Positions 50,497 to 60,634 of a stretch of 64,000 bases of DNA are shown here, one piece after another (position 1 is the first letter of the stretch; the number at the start of each line of letters is the position of its first letter). The notes below the pieces were generated by a model. That model searched no databases. It was not told the origin of the DNA and worked only from the letters and a program-made list of their open reading frames with translations. Location: contig JAZKDU010000017.1 in assembly GCA_040387415.1 (NCBI GenBank), positions 30,904 through 94,903 on the forward strand. Direction: 5' to 3'. The translations under genes were made by a program, and so were the position numbers. Origin of the DNA: Bacteroidota bacterium (GTDB lineage Bacteria > Bacteroidota > Bacteroidia > 2-12-FULL-35-15).

Positions 50497-51733
50497 AAAT
50501 TTTAGTTTCATGATTTGATAACGAAATTAAATAAACTCCGGCAACCGAATTAGAAAGATCGACAGTTATTTTCCCGAATTGTTTATCCAAAGTACTGATT
50601 AGCTGTCCACGCATATCAAAAACACTTACTGTACCCAAGCATTTAGATTCAAGTTCAAATACATTTGTGGTAATTGGTAGGATATTTAAATTATCAGAAT
50701 TAAAAGCTCCATTTTCAATACTTGTAGTGGTGACATTTGTTTCCAGAGAAATTAATGAACAACCGCCAGAGCTAATTACTTCTACCTGATAGTTTCCATT
50801 AGCAGTTACTGTATAAGAATTTGAATTTGATCCAACCGGGTTTCCATTTTTATACCATTGATAAACAGAATACCCTGTAGATGTGCTCAGCGTAGAGCCA
50901 TTCTGAGTTATAACAGGTGTGAAAGCACTTAAGTTAGTTGCAGTAAAATAAGAAGGATTGGTAACAGTACTAAAAGCAATAGCTCTCATCGTTTGCGCAG
51001 TAGCCGAATTTACACCACCCGTATAGGTTAAATTGGAAGGGTTTACCCTGAAAATAGAAGTAAAAATAGTAGAGGCAGCCAAATAACTGCCTTCTAAAGA
51101 GGGGTGCACGTTATCGGAATAAAACAGATTTACAGATGGTAATTGTGTAAAAGAGGCGTTCCATGCTTTCCCTATTGGTGTTACAATTTCCTGCCCTATG
51201 CCATTATTCAAATAAATCATATTTCCGTGAATCCGGTCAATACAGGCTGTTGTATTATCTCCGCTAAAAGCCCCTCCTGATGGCCCCCATCCTGCAAAAT
51301 ATACAATTCGTGTGCAAGGGTTATTTGCCTTTATCATATTGTAAAGAGCTACATTCGCATTTCCGCAGTTCGCGGATATCACACCAACATTATTAACGTA
51401 ATCCCCCTGGTTATCCTGAACAACCACATAATCCCATTGCTGGGAATTTATTTTTGACTGGGATGTTGGATCATTCACATGACCTACAATCTGTTCATCA
51501 GCAACAGCAATTCCTGCCTGTGTATTCTGATCAATAGTTACTGAAATACCTGCTGCATTTGCTAAGCCACCAAACAAGGCCGGCACATCAAATGTGTAAG
51601 TAAAGCTATTACCCAAAAACAAGACCTTAGTTTGCGAATATATGTTTTGAACAAACAATAAAGTTGAAATAAATAGTATTGATCTCATCGTTTTATTTAT
51701 ATAATTCATTTTCCTTTTATATAGTAATGGCAA
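50474..51733 (-). CDS. T9SS-secreted SGNH/GDSL-like hydrolase family protein
   Basis: Signal peptide. 'KVLFLGNSFTY' SGNH block I. T9SS CTD 'VSVFDMRGQLIST...GVYLISLSN'. Confidence 0.6.
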   Translation of the reverse strand: MPLLYKRKMNYINKTMRSILFISTLLFVQNIYSQTKVLFLGNSFTYTFDVPALFGGLANAAGISVTIDQNTQAGIAVADEQIVGHVNDPTSQSKINSQQWDYVVVQDNQGDYVNNVGVISANCGNANVALYNMIKANNPCTRIVYFAGWGPSGGAFSGDNTTACIDRIHGNMIYLNNGIGQEIVTPIGKAWNASFTQLPSVNLFYSDNVHPSLEGSYLAASTIFTSIFRVNPSNLTYTGGVNSATAQTMRAIAFSTVTNPSYFTATNLSAFTPVITQNGSTLSTSTGYSVYQWYKNGNPVGSNSNSYTVTANGNYQVEVISSGGCSLISLETNVTTTSIENGAFNSDNLNILPITTNVFELESKCLGTVSVFDMRGQLISTLDKQFGKITVDLSNSVAGVYLISLSNHETKISKKILVN

Positions 51734-51797
51734 TATCTAGTTTTGAAATTTAAAGATACCATAATATTCACGTAAAAAAAATGCGACTCCAATTAAA

Positions 51798-52160
51798 TCA
51801 ATTACCAACAAATATTAAATCAATGGTTCGTTTCAATTCTGTTAATGAAACAGGCTTTTCCAGAACATATAAATTTTTATAATTTGTTTTAATATTTATA
51901 ATATCTAAAGAATTACCAGTGAGAAAAATTGCCGGAACCTCATAAAATCCTTGTATTTTTTTATAGGTATCAATTCCATTGATGTCTCCTTTTATGTGGA
52001 CATCCATAATTATTAAATCAGGTTTAAATTTCTCAACTAATTCAATTGCTGTTTTGCCATCTTTAGCAGTCCCAGTAACCGAGTGATTCTGAGAAGTTAA
52101 AAACCGTTTCAGCATCAAAGCAATAATACCTTCATCTTCCAAAATAATAATTGATTTCAT
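51798..52160 (-). CDS. standalone response-regulator receiver domain protein
   Basis: 'KSIIILEDEGIIALMLKRFL...KPDLIIMDVHIKGDINGIDT...IFLTGNS' (D-D-K receiver residues). Start taken at the internal Met. Confidence 0.7.
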   Translation of the reverse strand: MKSIIILEDEGIIALMLKRFLTSQNHSVTGTAKDGKTAIELVEKFKPDLIIMDVHIKGDINGIDTYKKIQGFYEVPAIFLTGNSLDIINIKTNYKNLYVLEKPVSLTELKRTIDLIFVGN

Positions 52161-52170
52161 ACTTTGTTGC

Positions 52171-53640
52171 TTACTTAAAATAAAATTCATAAACCGTACC
52201 ACCTTCATTTTTGACACAATATTCTGCATCTATCTGACTAGCTAGAGCGCTGATTAAAGTGGTTCCCAATGATTCAGAATTACCGTTTATAGGCATTACA
52301 AAACCCTTGCCATTGTCACGCACTAATAAAAAATATTTATTTTCTCTGAATTGAAATTTTATCTCAATTTCACCCTTTGAATTTTCAGGAAAAGCATGCT
52401 TAAAAGAATTTATGATTAATTCGTTTATGATTAACCCAAGAGGCTGAGCTTTTTCAATTGGAAGATCTATCTTTTCAAGATTCAAAAACAAATTTATATT
52501 TGATCCGTAAATCCTACGAATCATTTTCGCCAGCGTTTCTATATAACTCGAAAATTCGACCGTATTGATATTTGATGTTTTATACAGCTTCTCATGAACA
52601 AGTGCAATTGCCTGAATTCTTAGGTCAGTCTGACTTATTTTATCCCGAATCCTTTCGTCTTCAATTGTTTCATTCTGCAGATAAAGCAAGCTTGAAACAA
52701 TAGCTAAATTATTCTTTATCCTGTGATGCATTTCAGATAATAATATTTCCTTTTCGGATAAAAGAGCATCTAACTCCTCTTTAATCAGCTCCTTTTCCTT
52801 GATTCCCACCGTAATAATCAATATAACAACTGTTAAAATAGACATGAAGGATTGCAAAACAACCAAACTATTATTTAATTCAGAAAAAACAAAAGGACCT
52901 TTGCCAGAGAATGTGGCAATAACTGTAAAAAATCCAATTATTAAAACATGAATCAGCGCTGAAATACGATTTTGAGTGAAGGAAGCAAAAATGGGAAAAA
53001 CAAATAACGAACAAAGTAATATCGTGGGAATGATTGGAGAGCTATGGTTAATAAAAAATGTTATCACACAAGTTAAAACCAATAAAAAAATAGTTGCATA
53101 AAAATATTGGTTTTTAAGCAGCTGAAAAGCAGATTTATCAAATAATACAACAACCGGAACTATCAACAGAAAGCTTGTAAAATCACCAAGCCACCAAGTA
53201 CCTACTACCTCCTCTAAATTAATCTCTCCCGAAAGAAAAAACCAATATGCAAACCCGCCAAAAAAGGCGCTTATCATGGCACCCGCTGCAGATGCCAATA
53301 AAAAATTAATTACACTATTTAATTTCAAAAATAAAATGGCCTTCGAATTCAAGGAATTTAAAATGTGATAGGTAGCAATTGCCTCCAGAGTATTTCCAAT
53401 ACAAACAACTATAGCGAACTCCACTGAGGCGCCACTTGACCAATTCACTAAGAAAGAACCGATTGTTATTGCAGGCCAGATTTTGCTTCCATTAAATAGC
53501 ATTAAAGCCAATGCCGTTCCTGAACCAAGCCATACAGGAGAAGCAAACCCATCGTCAAGCGCCAATAATAATCCAGCTTTAGCTAAAATAAAATAGAGAC
53601 CTATAAAAACAAGAAGTTTTAAAATAAATTTCGCTTTCAT
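52171..53640 (-). CDS. MASE1-domain sensor histidine kinase of the HisKA_2 (HWE-like) type
   Basis: N-terminal 8-TM MASE1-like 'LAKAGLLLALDDGFASPVWLGSGTALALMLFNG'. H-box 'EMHHRIKNNLAIVSSLLYLQ' typical of HisKA_2. C-terminal ATPase 'VRDNGKGF'. Confidence 0.7.
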   Translation of the reverse strand: MKAKFILKLLVFIGLYFILAKAGLLLALDDGFASPVWLGSGTALALMLFNGSKIWPAITIGSFLVNWSSGASVEFAIVVCIGNTLEAIATYHILNSLNSKAILFLKLNSVINFLLASAAGAMISAFFGGFAYWFFLSGEINLEEVVGTWWLGDFTSFLLIVPVVVLFDKSAFQLLKNQYFYATIFLLVLTCVITFFINHSSPIIPTILLCSLFVFPIFASFTQNRISALIHVLIIGFFTVIATFSGKGPFVFSELNNSLVVLQSFMSILTVVILIITVGIKEKELIKEELDALLSEKEILLSEMHHRIKNNLAIVSSLLYLQNETIEDERIRDKISQTDLRIQAIALVHEKLYKTSNINTVEFSSYIETLAKMIRRIYGSNINLFLNLEKIDLPIEKAQPLGLIINELIINSFKHAFPENSKGEIEIKFQFRENKYFLLVRDNGKGFVMPINGNSESLGTTLISALASQIDAEYCVKNEGGTVYEFYFK

Positions 53641-53762
53641 AAACAGTTTGGATTTCCTTACCTATTAAATTATTCGCTTTGTTAAGATACAATTTCTTAT
53701 GGTCCCAAAGGGATTATACTATAAAAATGGGCAAGGTAATATTAAACAATAGAGAAAATTAC

Positions 53763-54263
53763 CTAGGTACTACTATTAAATTTTTTTTTAATTAGAGTCC
53801 ACAATAATAAATATTTTTTAGTTCGAAAGAAATGATTTATTAATTCAAGTACAATAAATCCAATCAAAATAGATAACGTGCTTTGAAGCCAATGTGGAAT
53901 TTCATCCACAACCACTTTTTTTCTGCCTGCAAGACCAAAAAGATTTTTAATACTTTTTCGTTCTAATACTTCATGAGAAAATGTTGTTACCACCCACATA
54001 CCAACAATAAAACCAACCAGATTCCCAACAGCTTGTTTTCGGATAAAAATTTTTATTTTCGGCCATGAAAAATTTTCTAGTAAAGTTAAGTGCACCTCTG
54101 AGCTATCGCTTACAGAATCATCCCAGGCACTTTTCACTTTATAAAAATAATTTTCGTTTTTTTTCGATTGATTAAACCAAATCAAAAAAGCCTCTTTTTC
54201 AGTCTGATCTTCATTTCCTGTAAGATTTTTTGTAATTAGATCCCAGACTTTAGCGTCTTGCAT
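53763..54263 (-). CDS. small membrane protein resembling the N-terminal region of FecR-type anti-sigma factors
   Basis: 'LITKNLTGNEDQTEKEAFLIWFNQSKKNENYFYKVKSAWD' resembles the FecR N-terminal segment. Followed by TM 'LVGFIVGMWVVTTF'. No FecR periplasmic domain and no ECF sigma nearby. Confidence 0.35.
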   Translation of the reverse strand: MQDAKVWDLITKNLTGNEDQTEKEAFLIWFNQSKKNENYFYKVKSAWDDSVSDSSEVHLTLLENFSWPKIKIFIRKQAVGNLVGFIVGMWVVTTFSHEVLERKSIKNLFGLAGRKKVVVDEIPHWLQSTLSILIGFIVLELINHFFRTKKYLLLWTLIKKKFNSST

Positions 54264-54486
54264 AAATTATTTTTTTAATAAAGGTTTATATTGTAACTGT
54301 GGCAAAAATCAGCTGTATCATCCCGAACTCTAAATTGCTTATCAATAATGCTATTGCGGTTATTGTGCTTTAAATAAAAAGCCAGTCGGGATGATATTAA
54401 CTTTACTGAATTAATTAATATTTGAAATGAATTTTAAACTGGGCGTTAATAAAAAATTTAATCTCTTTTAAACAATGATTAAACTT

Positions 54487-54888
54487 TTAATTGAAATCTG
54501 CAATATTTTTAAATAGCTTGTTATGCTGCTTTCTAAAAATATGCTGTAAAACAGGGCTAAGCAGAGGAGAATTAAAATGTATTGTTTCCTCAATAATTGA
54601 AGATCCATTAACTGACTTTATTATAAAATAAATTTCAATTTTGGTAAATCTCATAACTGTTGCGCGCATAACCACTAACTGTTCTGCCGCATTATCTTCA
54701 ATTGTTACCGGATAGGTAAAGGAGAATGGAATAACACCCAATTTCAAAGTTTCATGTACAAGATAGTTATTACCCCCCAAATTGTCAATCTGAGTAATTA
54801 CAGGATGGACAGACGCAAATTTTTGCATATCCGTCAAAAAATTAAAAATAACTTCTGAAGGTTTATTAATCTTATAAGTAAGTTTCAT
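54487..54888 (-). CDS. SRPBCC (Bet v1/polyketide-cyclase-like) family protein
   Basis: 133 aa, helix-grip fold pattern. Confidence 0.5.
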   Translation of the reverse strand: MKLTYKINKPSEVIFNFLTDMQKFASVHPVITQIDNLGGNNYLVHETLKLGVIPFSFTYPVTIEDNAAEQLVVMRATVMRFTKIEIYFIIKSVNGSSIIEETIHFNSPLLSPVLQHIFRKQHNKLFKNIADFN

Positions 54889-55182
54889 AGTACATTTTTA
54901 TAATTACTTATAATGCTATTATCGTGTTAAACAATTTGTGGAACCATCGTTTGTAAAACAGGAATCACATCTGTTTCAAACCATTTATTTTTTGCTCGCC
55001 ATATATTGTTTCTTGGGGACGGATGAGGTAATGGAAAATACTACCTGGTGCTTGTCCTATAATGACCAGCTTGCTTTTTGCACTCTGACATTATAGGATT
55101 TACGCCAAATTCAAGAAATTTTTTACAGGAATTACAATTTTTTATATCGGATAATAACTTGATCATTAATTAACTCCAAACG

Positions 55183-57339
55183 CTACATTTCCGAAGTTTC
55201 TAAAACTTCAACTGCTTTCTCCTGATAAAAACTCTTCCCTTCTGCAGCCATTTCTTTTAGCTTGCGCGTTGGTTTAAAACGTTTTCCATATTTTTTGGCA
55301 AGCAGATTACACTCATCAACAAATTTTTTAACACCAATAGTATCAACGAAAGAAATAACACCACCAGTGTACGGAGCAAATCCCCAACCAAGGATAGACC
55401 CGATATCAGCATCCGCTGGTTTGGTAACAATGTTTTCTTCGATACATTTCACTGCCTCTAAGGCTTGAATATATAACAAACGCTTTTTTATCTCTTCTAC
55501 ATCAGGTTGCTGAGCAACAGCAGGAAACAATTTTCTCAATTCAGGCCACAGCATTTTTTTACCATTTTCCGGATATTCATAAAAGCCTTGCTTTGCTTTT
55601 TTACCAGGCCTGTTAAGCTCATCCATAAATTTATTAATAACTCCAACTGCTGCAGAATCATTTTTCTTTCCGGTATCCGCTTCTGTTTGTTTATTAATTT
55701 TATAACACAGTTCAATACTTACTTCATCCGCCAATGCCAATGGACCTACAGGCATACCAGCCATTTTCCCAGCATTTTCAATCATCGCAGGAGAAACACC
55801 ACTAGCAAGACATTCCATGCCTTCAAATAAATAGGTTGAAAAAACTCTTGAAGTGTAAAAGCCTCTGCCATCATTCACCACGATAGGAGTCTTTTTAATT
55901 TTTTTGACAAAATCAACCGCCATTGCAATCGCATAGTCAGATGTTTTTTCACCTAAAATAATTTCTACCAGTTGCATTTTATCTACCGGTGAAAAGAAAT
56001 GCAAACCAATAAAATTCTTAGGACGTGCTGAAGCCTTTGCTAACCCTGTGATTGGAAGTGTAGAGGTATTGGAAGCAAAAACTGCATTTGTAGAAAGTAC
56101 CGCTTCCGTTTCTTTAGTAACAGTTGCCTTTAATTCACGATTTTCAAAAACCGCTTCAATTACCAGGTCGCAATCTGCAAGGTCAGCAGCATTATCAGTT
56201 GTAAAAATCCTCTCCAGCAATTCGTCATACTTCTCTTTGCTTAATTGGTTTTTAGAAAGTTTCTCTGTTAACAATTGTACTGAATATGATTTACCTTTTT
56301 CAGCCGCTTCCTTTGTTACATCCTTCAATACAACATTTAAACCGTTTTGTGCCGCTACGTAAGCGATTCCGGCACCCATCATTCCTGCACCAAGTATACC
56401 AACCTTTTTAAGGTTTGTTGGCGGAACGCCTGCCGGCCGTGCTTCTCCTTTATTCGCCTCGTTCATATTAATGAACAGCGTACGGATCATATTTTTTGAT
56501 TCAGGTGATAACACACATTGTGTAAAATAACGTGCTTCCACCATCATTGCCTTATCAAATGGCAATTGCAAGCCTTCATACACGCAGTTCATAATCGCTA
56601 CCGGGGCAGGATAATTGCCGTACGTTTTTTTCAATGTTAATCCAGCAGCAGCGGGTAACATTTGCAATATTTTAGGAGTTTGTATTCCACCACCAGGGAT
56701 TTTAAAACCTTCTTCATCCCAGGGCTGCACAGCCTTACCAACAGCTGTGATCCACTCCTTTGCAGCAACGATTAATTGATCCTGCGAATCAACAAGTTTA
56801 TTAACTAAGCCACTTTTTAAGGCTTGTTCCGGACGCAGCTTTTTACCTTCCAGTAGCAAAGACAATGCATCCTGCACTCCAATCATACGTGGTAATTTTT
56901 GAGTACCACCACCTCCGGGAAGCAATCCCAGCAATACTTCCGGCAATCCTATTTGTATTTTTGAGTCATTAACAGCAATGCGGTAATGACAGGCAAGACA
57001 TATTTCAAATCCTCCACCAAGTGCCGTACCGTTAATAGCAGCTACAACCGGCTTTCCACCAGTTTCCATTTTACGAAAAACAGCCTGAAGCTTATTGGTG
57101 ATGGCCATAATCTCTTTCGGATCGCTCACCCCCATAATCATTCTAAGATCTGCGCCCAGCATAAAATCTCTTTTAGCGGAGGTTACAATAATTCCTTTTA
57201 CAGATTCATCTGCAAGAGCATTACTGATATTCTGATCAAGATCCGAAATAACTTCCAGATCAATTACGTTGACAGATGAATTACTATTATCAAAGCTGAT
57301 GACAGCTATGTTATCCGTATCTTTTGTGTAGTGTATCAT
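55183..57339 (-). CDS. fadB: fatty-acid oxidation complex alpha subunit (enoyl-CoA hydratase / 3-hydroxyacyl-CoA dehydrogenase)
   Basis: N-terminal crotonase 'AAINGTALGGGFEICLACH'. Central NAD Rossmann 'VGILGAGMMGAGIA'. 718 aa. Confidence 0.9.
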   Translation of the reverse strand: MIHYTKDTDNIAVISFDNSNSSVNVIDLEVISDLDQNISNALADESVKGIIVTSAKRDFMLGADLRMIMGVSDPKEIMAITNKLQAVFRKMETGGKPVVAAINGTALGGGFEICLACHYRIAVNDSKIQIGLPEVLLGLLPGGGGTQKLPRMIGVQDALSLLLEGKKLRPEQALKSGLVNKLVDSQDQLIVAAKEWITAVGKAVQPWDEEGFKIPGGGIQTPKILQMLPAAAGLTLKKTYGNYPAPVAIMNCVYEGLQLPFDKAMMVEARYFTQCVLSPESKNMIRTLFINMNEANKGEARPAGVPPTNLKKVGILGAGMMGAGIAYVAAQNGLNVVLKDVTKEAAEKGKSYSVQLLTEKLSKNQLSKEKYDELLERIFTTDNAADLADCDLVIEAVFENRELKATVTKETEAVLSTNAVFASNTSTLPITGLAKASARPKNFIGLHFFSPVDKMQLVEIILGEKTSDYAIAMAVDFVKKIKKTPIVVNDGRGFYTSRVFSTYLFEGMECLASGVSPAMIENAGKMAGMPVGPLALADEVSIELCYKINKQTEADTGKKNDSAAVGVINKFMDELNRPGKKAKQGFYEYPENGKKMLWPELRKLFPAVAQQPDVEEIKKRLLYIQALEAVKCIEENIVTKPADADIGSILGWGFAPYTGGVISFVDTIGVKKFVDECNLLAKKYGKRFKPTRKLKEMAAEGKSFYQEKAVEVLETSEM

Positions 57340-57489
57340 TTTTATAATTTTTTTATTTGTGACTTAGAGAATTAGTGATTTAGAGAGCTGGAGAATTAAT
57401 AATCAAATTACTTATCCTTTTATTTATTTCTATTAAATCACAATTCTCTAATTCTCCAATTCTTTAATTCTCCAATTCTCCAATTCTTT
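57340..57489. repeat. intercistronic inverted/tandem repeat block between fadB and fadA
   Basis: Right side has tandem 8-mers 'aattctcc/aattcttt' x5. Left side carries inverted copies 'ggagaatt', 'agagaatt'. Confidence 0.6.
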
Positions 57490-58698
57490 TTATACTCTTT
57501 CAATAATGGTTGCAATGCCCATCCCACCTCCGATACAAAGTGTAACAAGTCCGGTTTGTTTATTTGTTCTTTCCAACTCATCTAAAATAGTTCCTATCAG
57601 CATAGCTCCTGTAGCACCCAGTGGGTGGCCCATGGCAATGGCGCCACCGTTCACGTTTACCTTATCGGGAGAAACATTTAGTTCCTGCATAAAGCTCATC
57701 GGAACTACTGCAAATGCTTCATTAATTTCAAACAGATCAATATCAGATACATTCATCTTTGCCTTTTTCAAAGCCTTTATAGAAGCCGGGGCAGGTGCTG
57801 TAAGCATGATGGTAGGTTCTGCGCCAACAATTGCAAAAGAGCGAATTTTAGCACGTGGTTTCATGCCCAGCTTTTTTCCAATCGCTTTGCTGCCAATCAA
57901 TACCAATGAAGCACCATCAACAATACCGGATGAATTACCTGCATGGTGCGGATGCATCATTGTTTCTATCTCCGGATAACGCTGTATTGCAACAGCATCA
58001 AATCCTGCCATAGCACCCATTGCTTCAAACGCAGGTTTTAGGTTTGACAGTTTTTGCGCGGTAGTATCAGCGCGTACCGTTTCATCCCTATCAAGAATAG
58101 TAATACCATTAATATCTTTTACAGGAATTATTGATCTTTTAAATCGTCCTTCCTCCCATGCTTTCGCAGCACGCACATGTGATTCTACAGCAAATGCATC
58201 CAATTGCCCTCGGTCAAAACCATATTTAGTGGCAATTAAATCAGCTGAGATACCTTGTGGAACAATTTTGTGATTAAATACCATATTAGGATCTGAAAAC
58301 AATGCAAACCCGTCTGATCCCATAGCTACGCGTGACATAGACTCAACACCACCTGCAACAATCAGATCAATAAAGCCCGACATAATATATGCAGAGGCCT
58401 GGTTAATAGCTTCTAAACCTGATCCGCAATAGCGGTTAAGAGAAACACCTGCTGTGTTGTTACTATAACCAGCAGCAATAGCAGCCGTTTTAGCAATATC
58501 AGAGCCTTGCTCTGCAACCTGCGTTACACAGCCAATGATTGAATCTTCTACATAAGAAGTATCTAGATCATTCCGTTCACGAATTGCTTTGAAAGTACTT
58601 GTTAGTAACCGCAACGCGGGTACTTCATGCAATGAACCGTCTTTCTTACCTTTCCCACGTGGGGTACGGACTGCATCATAGATAAAAGCTTCTGCCAT
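57490..58698 (-). CDS. fadA: acetyl-CoA C-acyltransferase (3-ketoacyl-CoA thiolase)
   Basis: '[11 protein letters not shown]' active Cys. C-terminal '[17 protein letters not shown]' and 'CIGGGMG' thiolase signatures. Confidence 0.9.
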   Translation of the reverse strand: MAEAFIYDAVRTPRGKGKKDGSLHEVPALRLLTSTFKAIRERNDLDTSYVEDSIIGCVTQVAEQGSDIAKTAAIAAGYSNNTAGVSLNRYCGSGLEAINQASAYIMSGFIDLIVAGGVESMSRVAMGSDGFALFSDPNMVFNHKIVPQGISADLIATKYGFDRGQLDAFAVESHVRAAKAWEEGRFKRSIIPVKDINGITILDRDETVRADTTAQKLSNLKPAFEAMGAMAGFDAVAIQRYPEIETMMHPHHAGNSSGIVDGASLVLIGSKAIGKKLGMKPRAKIRSFAIVGAEPTIMLTAPAPASIKALKKAKMNVSDIDLFEINEAFAVVPMSFMQELNVSPDKVNVNGGAIAMGHPLGATGAMLIGTILDELERTNKQTGLVTLCIGGGMGIATIIERV

Positions 58699-58836
58699 TT
58701 TTTTTAGTTATATAAATTATAAAGTTCTGATGAATTATTTTTACACTAATTTATTCAAATTTAAGCATTTGTCCCATCTTTCACAACCGTTCCGTTAAAT
58801 ACATTTTCAAAAAATGTACTCATTAAAATGTAATAT

Positions 58837-59532
58837 TTACTCTGTAATAAAATCAAATTTAGCCGACTTATATTTATCCTCTGCTAACTTTTTCCGCATA
58901 CTCATTATACTTTCATAGGGTCCATCCACCGAAAACATATTTACAATCCAGGAAGGAACATCCCCACCAGGGTTAATATCCAACTGATATTCGGCAGTGA
59001 CTGTTCCATCGCCCCTCGGTGTAAACTTCCATGTTGAAACAAGCTTGGGTACCCTCACTACTCCCTTTGTTTCAGGCAGCATACCAGGTATAACACGAGA
59101 TGAAACTGTAACCACTTTAGTTTTACTGTCCTGGCTGGTTTTAAAATAAATTACCCCATCCCTGTTTGAAACCGGCCATGGAACATACGTTTCAACATAA
59201 TAGTAAAGTTCTGTACTACTAATTGTTTTAAGTAATTTTGTCTGCTTACAACGGTATAGCCAGGTTGGATGTGATGGTATATCGGTTAATAATGCTATCA
59301 AACCAGATAATGAGCTGTTAAAAACGGCAACTGCTTTTATTTCTTTAAAACCCGAATTAGGCTGATCCTTCGTATAAACAGAAATTCCATTTTCATTTTT
59401 TTGAAGTTCCCAATCTGTCTGAGCACTTATAAAAGAGCTTATCAATAAACAAAAAAACAGTAAATTTTTTTTTGTTCGCGCTACCGTTTTACAAAAATAA
59501 ATAGAGATGGGAAAAACCAGCTGATTTTGCAT
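58837..59532 (-). CDS. secreted START (StAR-related lipid-transfer) domain protein
   Basis: Signal peptide. 'WELQKNENGISVYTK...IKAVAVF...TWLYRCKQTKLL...ELYYYVETYVPWPVSNRDGV' matches START domain topology. Confidence 0.55.
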   Translation of the reverse strand: MQNQLVFPISIYFCKTVARTKKNLLFFCLLISSFISAQTDWELQKNENGISVYTKDQPNSGFKEIKAVAVFNSSLSGLIALLTDIPSHPTWLYRCKQTKLLKTISSTELYYYVETYVPWPVSNRDGVIYFKTSQDSKTKVVTVSSRVIPGMLPETKGVVRVPKLVSTWKFTPRGDGTVTAEYQLDINPGGDVPSWIVNMFSVDGPYESIMSMRKKLAEDKYKSAKFDFITE

Positions 59533-59669
59533 AATTACTTTTTTATGATAAATATAGAATTAACAACAACCAGTAATTCTTTGGCCAATCCATTCTATAG
59601 AATAAAAAAATTCCATTATAAAACGATTGAAAGTTAAGAAAAAAAGGAATGGATAAAAAATGAACAAGT

Positions 59670-60626
59670 TTATTTACTTGTCATTATTTTTTGATATTTA
59701 TTACTGTTGGTAGGATCTATTTCATTCAAAAGGTTCACCATTTTTGCTTTTTCATCAGGAAAAGCTCCGGAATAAATATTGATTATTTCATCCGATTTCG
59801 CGTTAAAAAACACCTGTAGACTGTAAGATAGCGGTTTTATCTGATGCACTTTTCTAAGATTTTCAAGTGTTTCAGAAATCACTGCACGGCCGCTTTCCTT
59901 ATTATCAACCATTATATCCAAACCTAAACGGTGATATTTATACATACACTCACGCAACGGAACAAAGGATGCATCCAGCATGTTGTTAATTAACCAATAA
60001 CGGTTCTTGTTTCCATCAAAGGCTTTCCATCCTACATCACTTCCGCTTTGAGCGTTATTTACAACAGCCAGCGCTTTTTGTAAATAAAGCGTACCGCCAT
60101 CCAAAGCAAATGAATCATAGTCTAAACCTATTGCCAGGTATGCATAATAAGCCAATACAGACGTAAGGTTAGATAAATGAAGATTTTCTGTAAATTCAAG
60201 CGACTGATTTTCCAAATATTTAAAAGCGAAATCATTATCGTTGTTATTTAAAAGCACCGTATTATAGGAAGCTTTAAAAACCGGCCTGCGAACCTGCACC
60301 TGAATAGTAGCCTTAAAATCGTCTGTTGATGGACGTTCTGTAACATTAATTAAAATACTGCAATCAATCCGTTCATTATTTTTAAATGTTTCGTTGGTCC
60401 ATTTTCTATTATTCATAAATTCAAAAATGGCTGTTTGCAGCGTTTCAAATACGCTTTTATCAGTTCCCTGAATGGATTGCGATAATACCTGAACCTTACA
60501 GTTTAATTCCTGGGAAAACGATGTGGTGGAAAATAAAAACAGCAGCAAAAAAGCAAGTGCCGATTTCCCGAAAGAGAACTCAGAAACCTTAATACAAAGC
60601 GTTTTTATTTTTTTCATTACTATCAA
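59670..60626 (-). CDS. secreted hypothetical protein (DUF4835-like, conserved next to coaBC in Bacteroidota)
   Basis: Signal peptide. 318 aa. No catalytic motif recognised. Confidence 0.45.
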   Translation of the reverse strand: MIVMKKIKTLCIKVSEFSFGKSALAFLLLFLFSTTSFSQELNCKVQVLSQSIQGTDKSVFETLQTAIFEFMNNRKWTNETFKNNERIDCSILINVTERPSTDDFKATIQVQVRRPVFKASYNTVLLNNNDNDFAFKYLENQSLEFTENLHLSNLTSVLAYYAYLAIGLDYDSFALDGGTLYLQKALAVVNNAQSGSDVGWKAFDGNKNRYWLINNMLDASFVPLRECMYKYHRLGLDIMVDNKESGRAVISETLENLRKVHQIKPLSYSLQVFFNAKSDEIINIYSGAFPDEKAKMVNLLNEIDPTNSNKYQKIMTSK

Positions 60627-60634
60627 TTTCTCTG

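Noticed and set aside
54889-55182. Possible gene remnant/inverted repeat ('tcctataatg'...'cattatagga') between the SRPBCC gene and fadB
   Set aside because: Only a 10-bp inverted repeat and no ORF longer than a few codons. Too little signal to call a feature.
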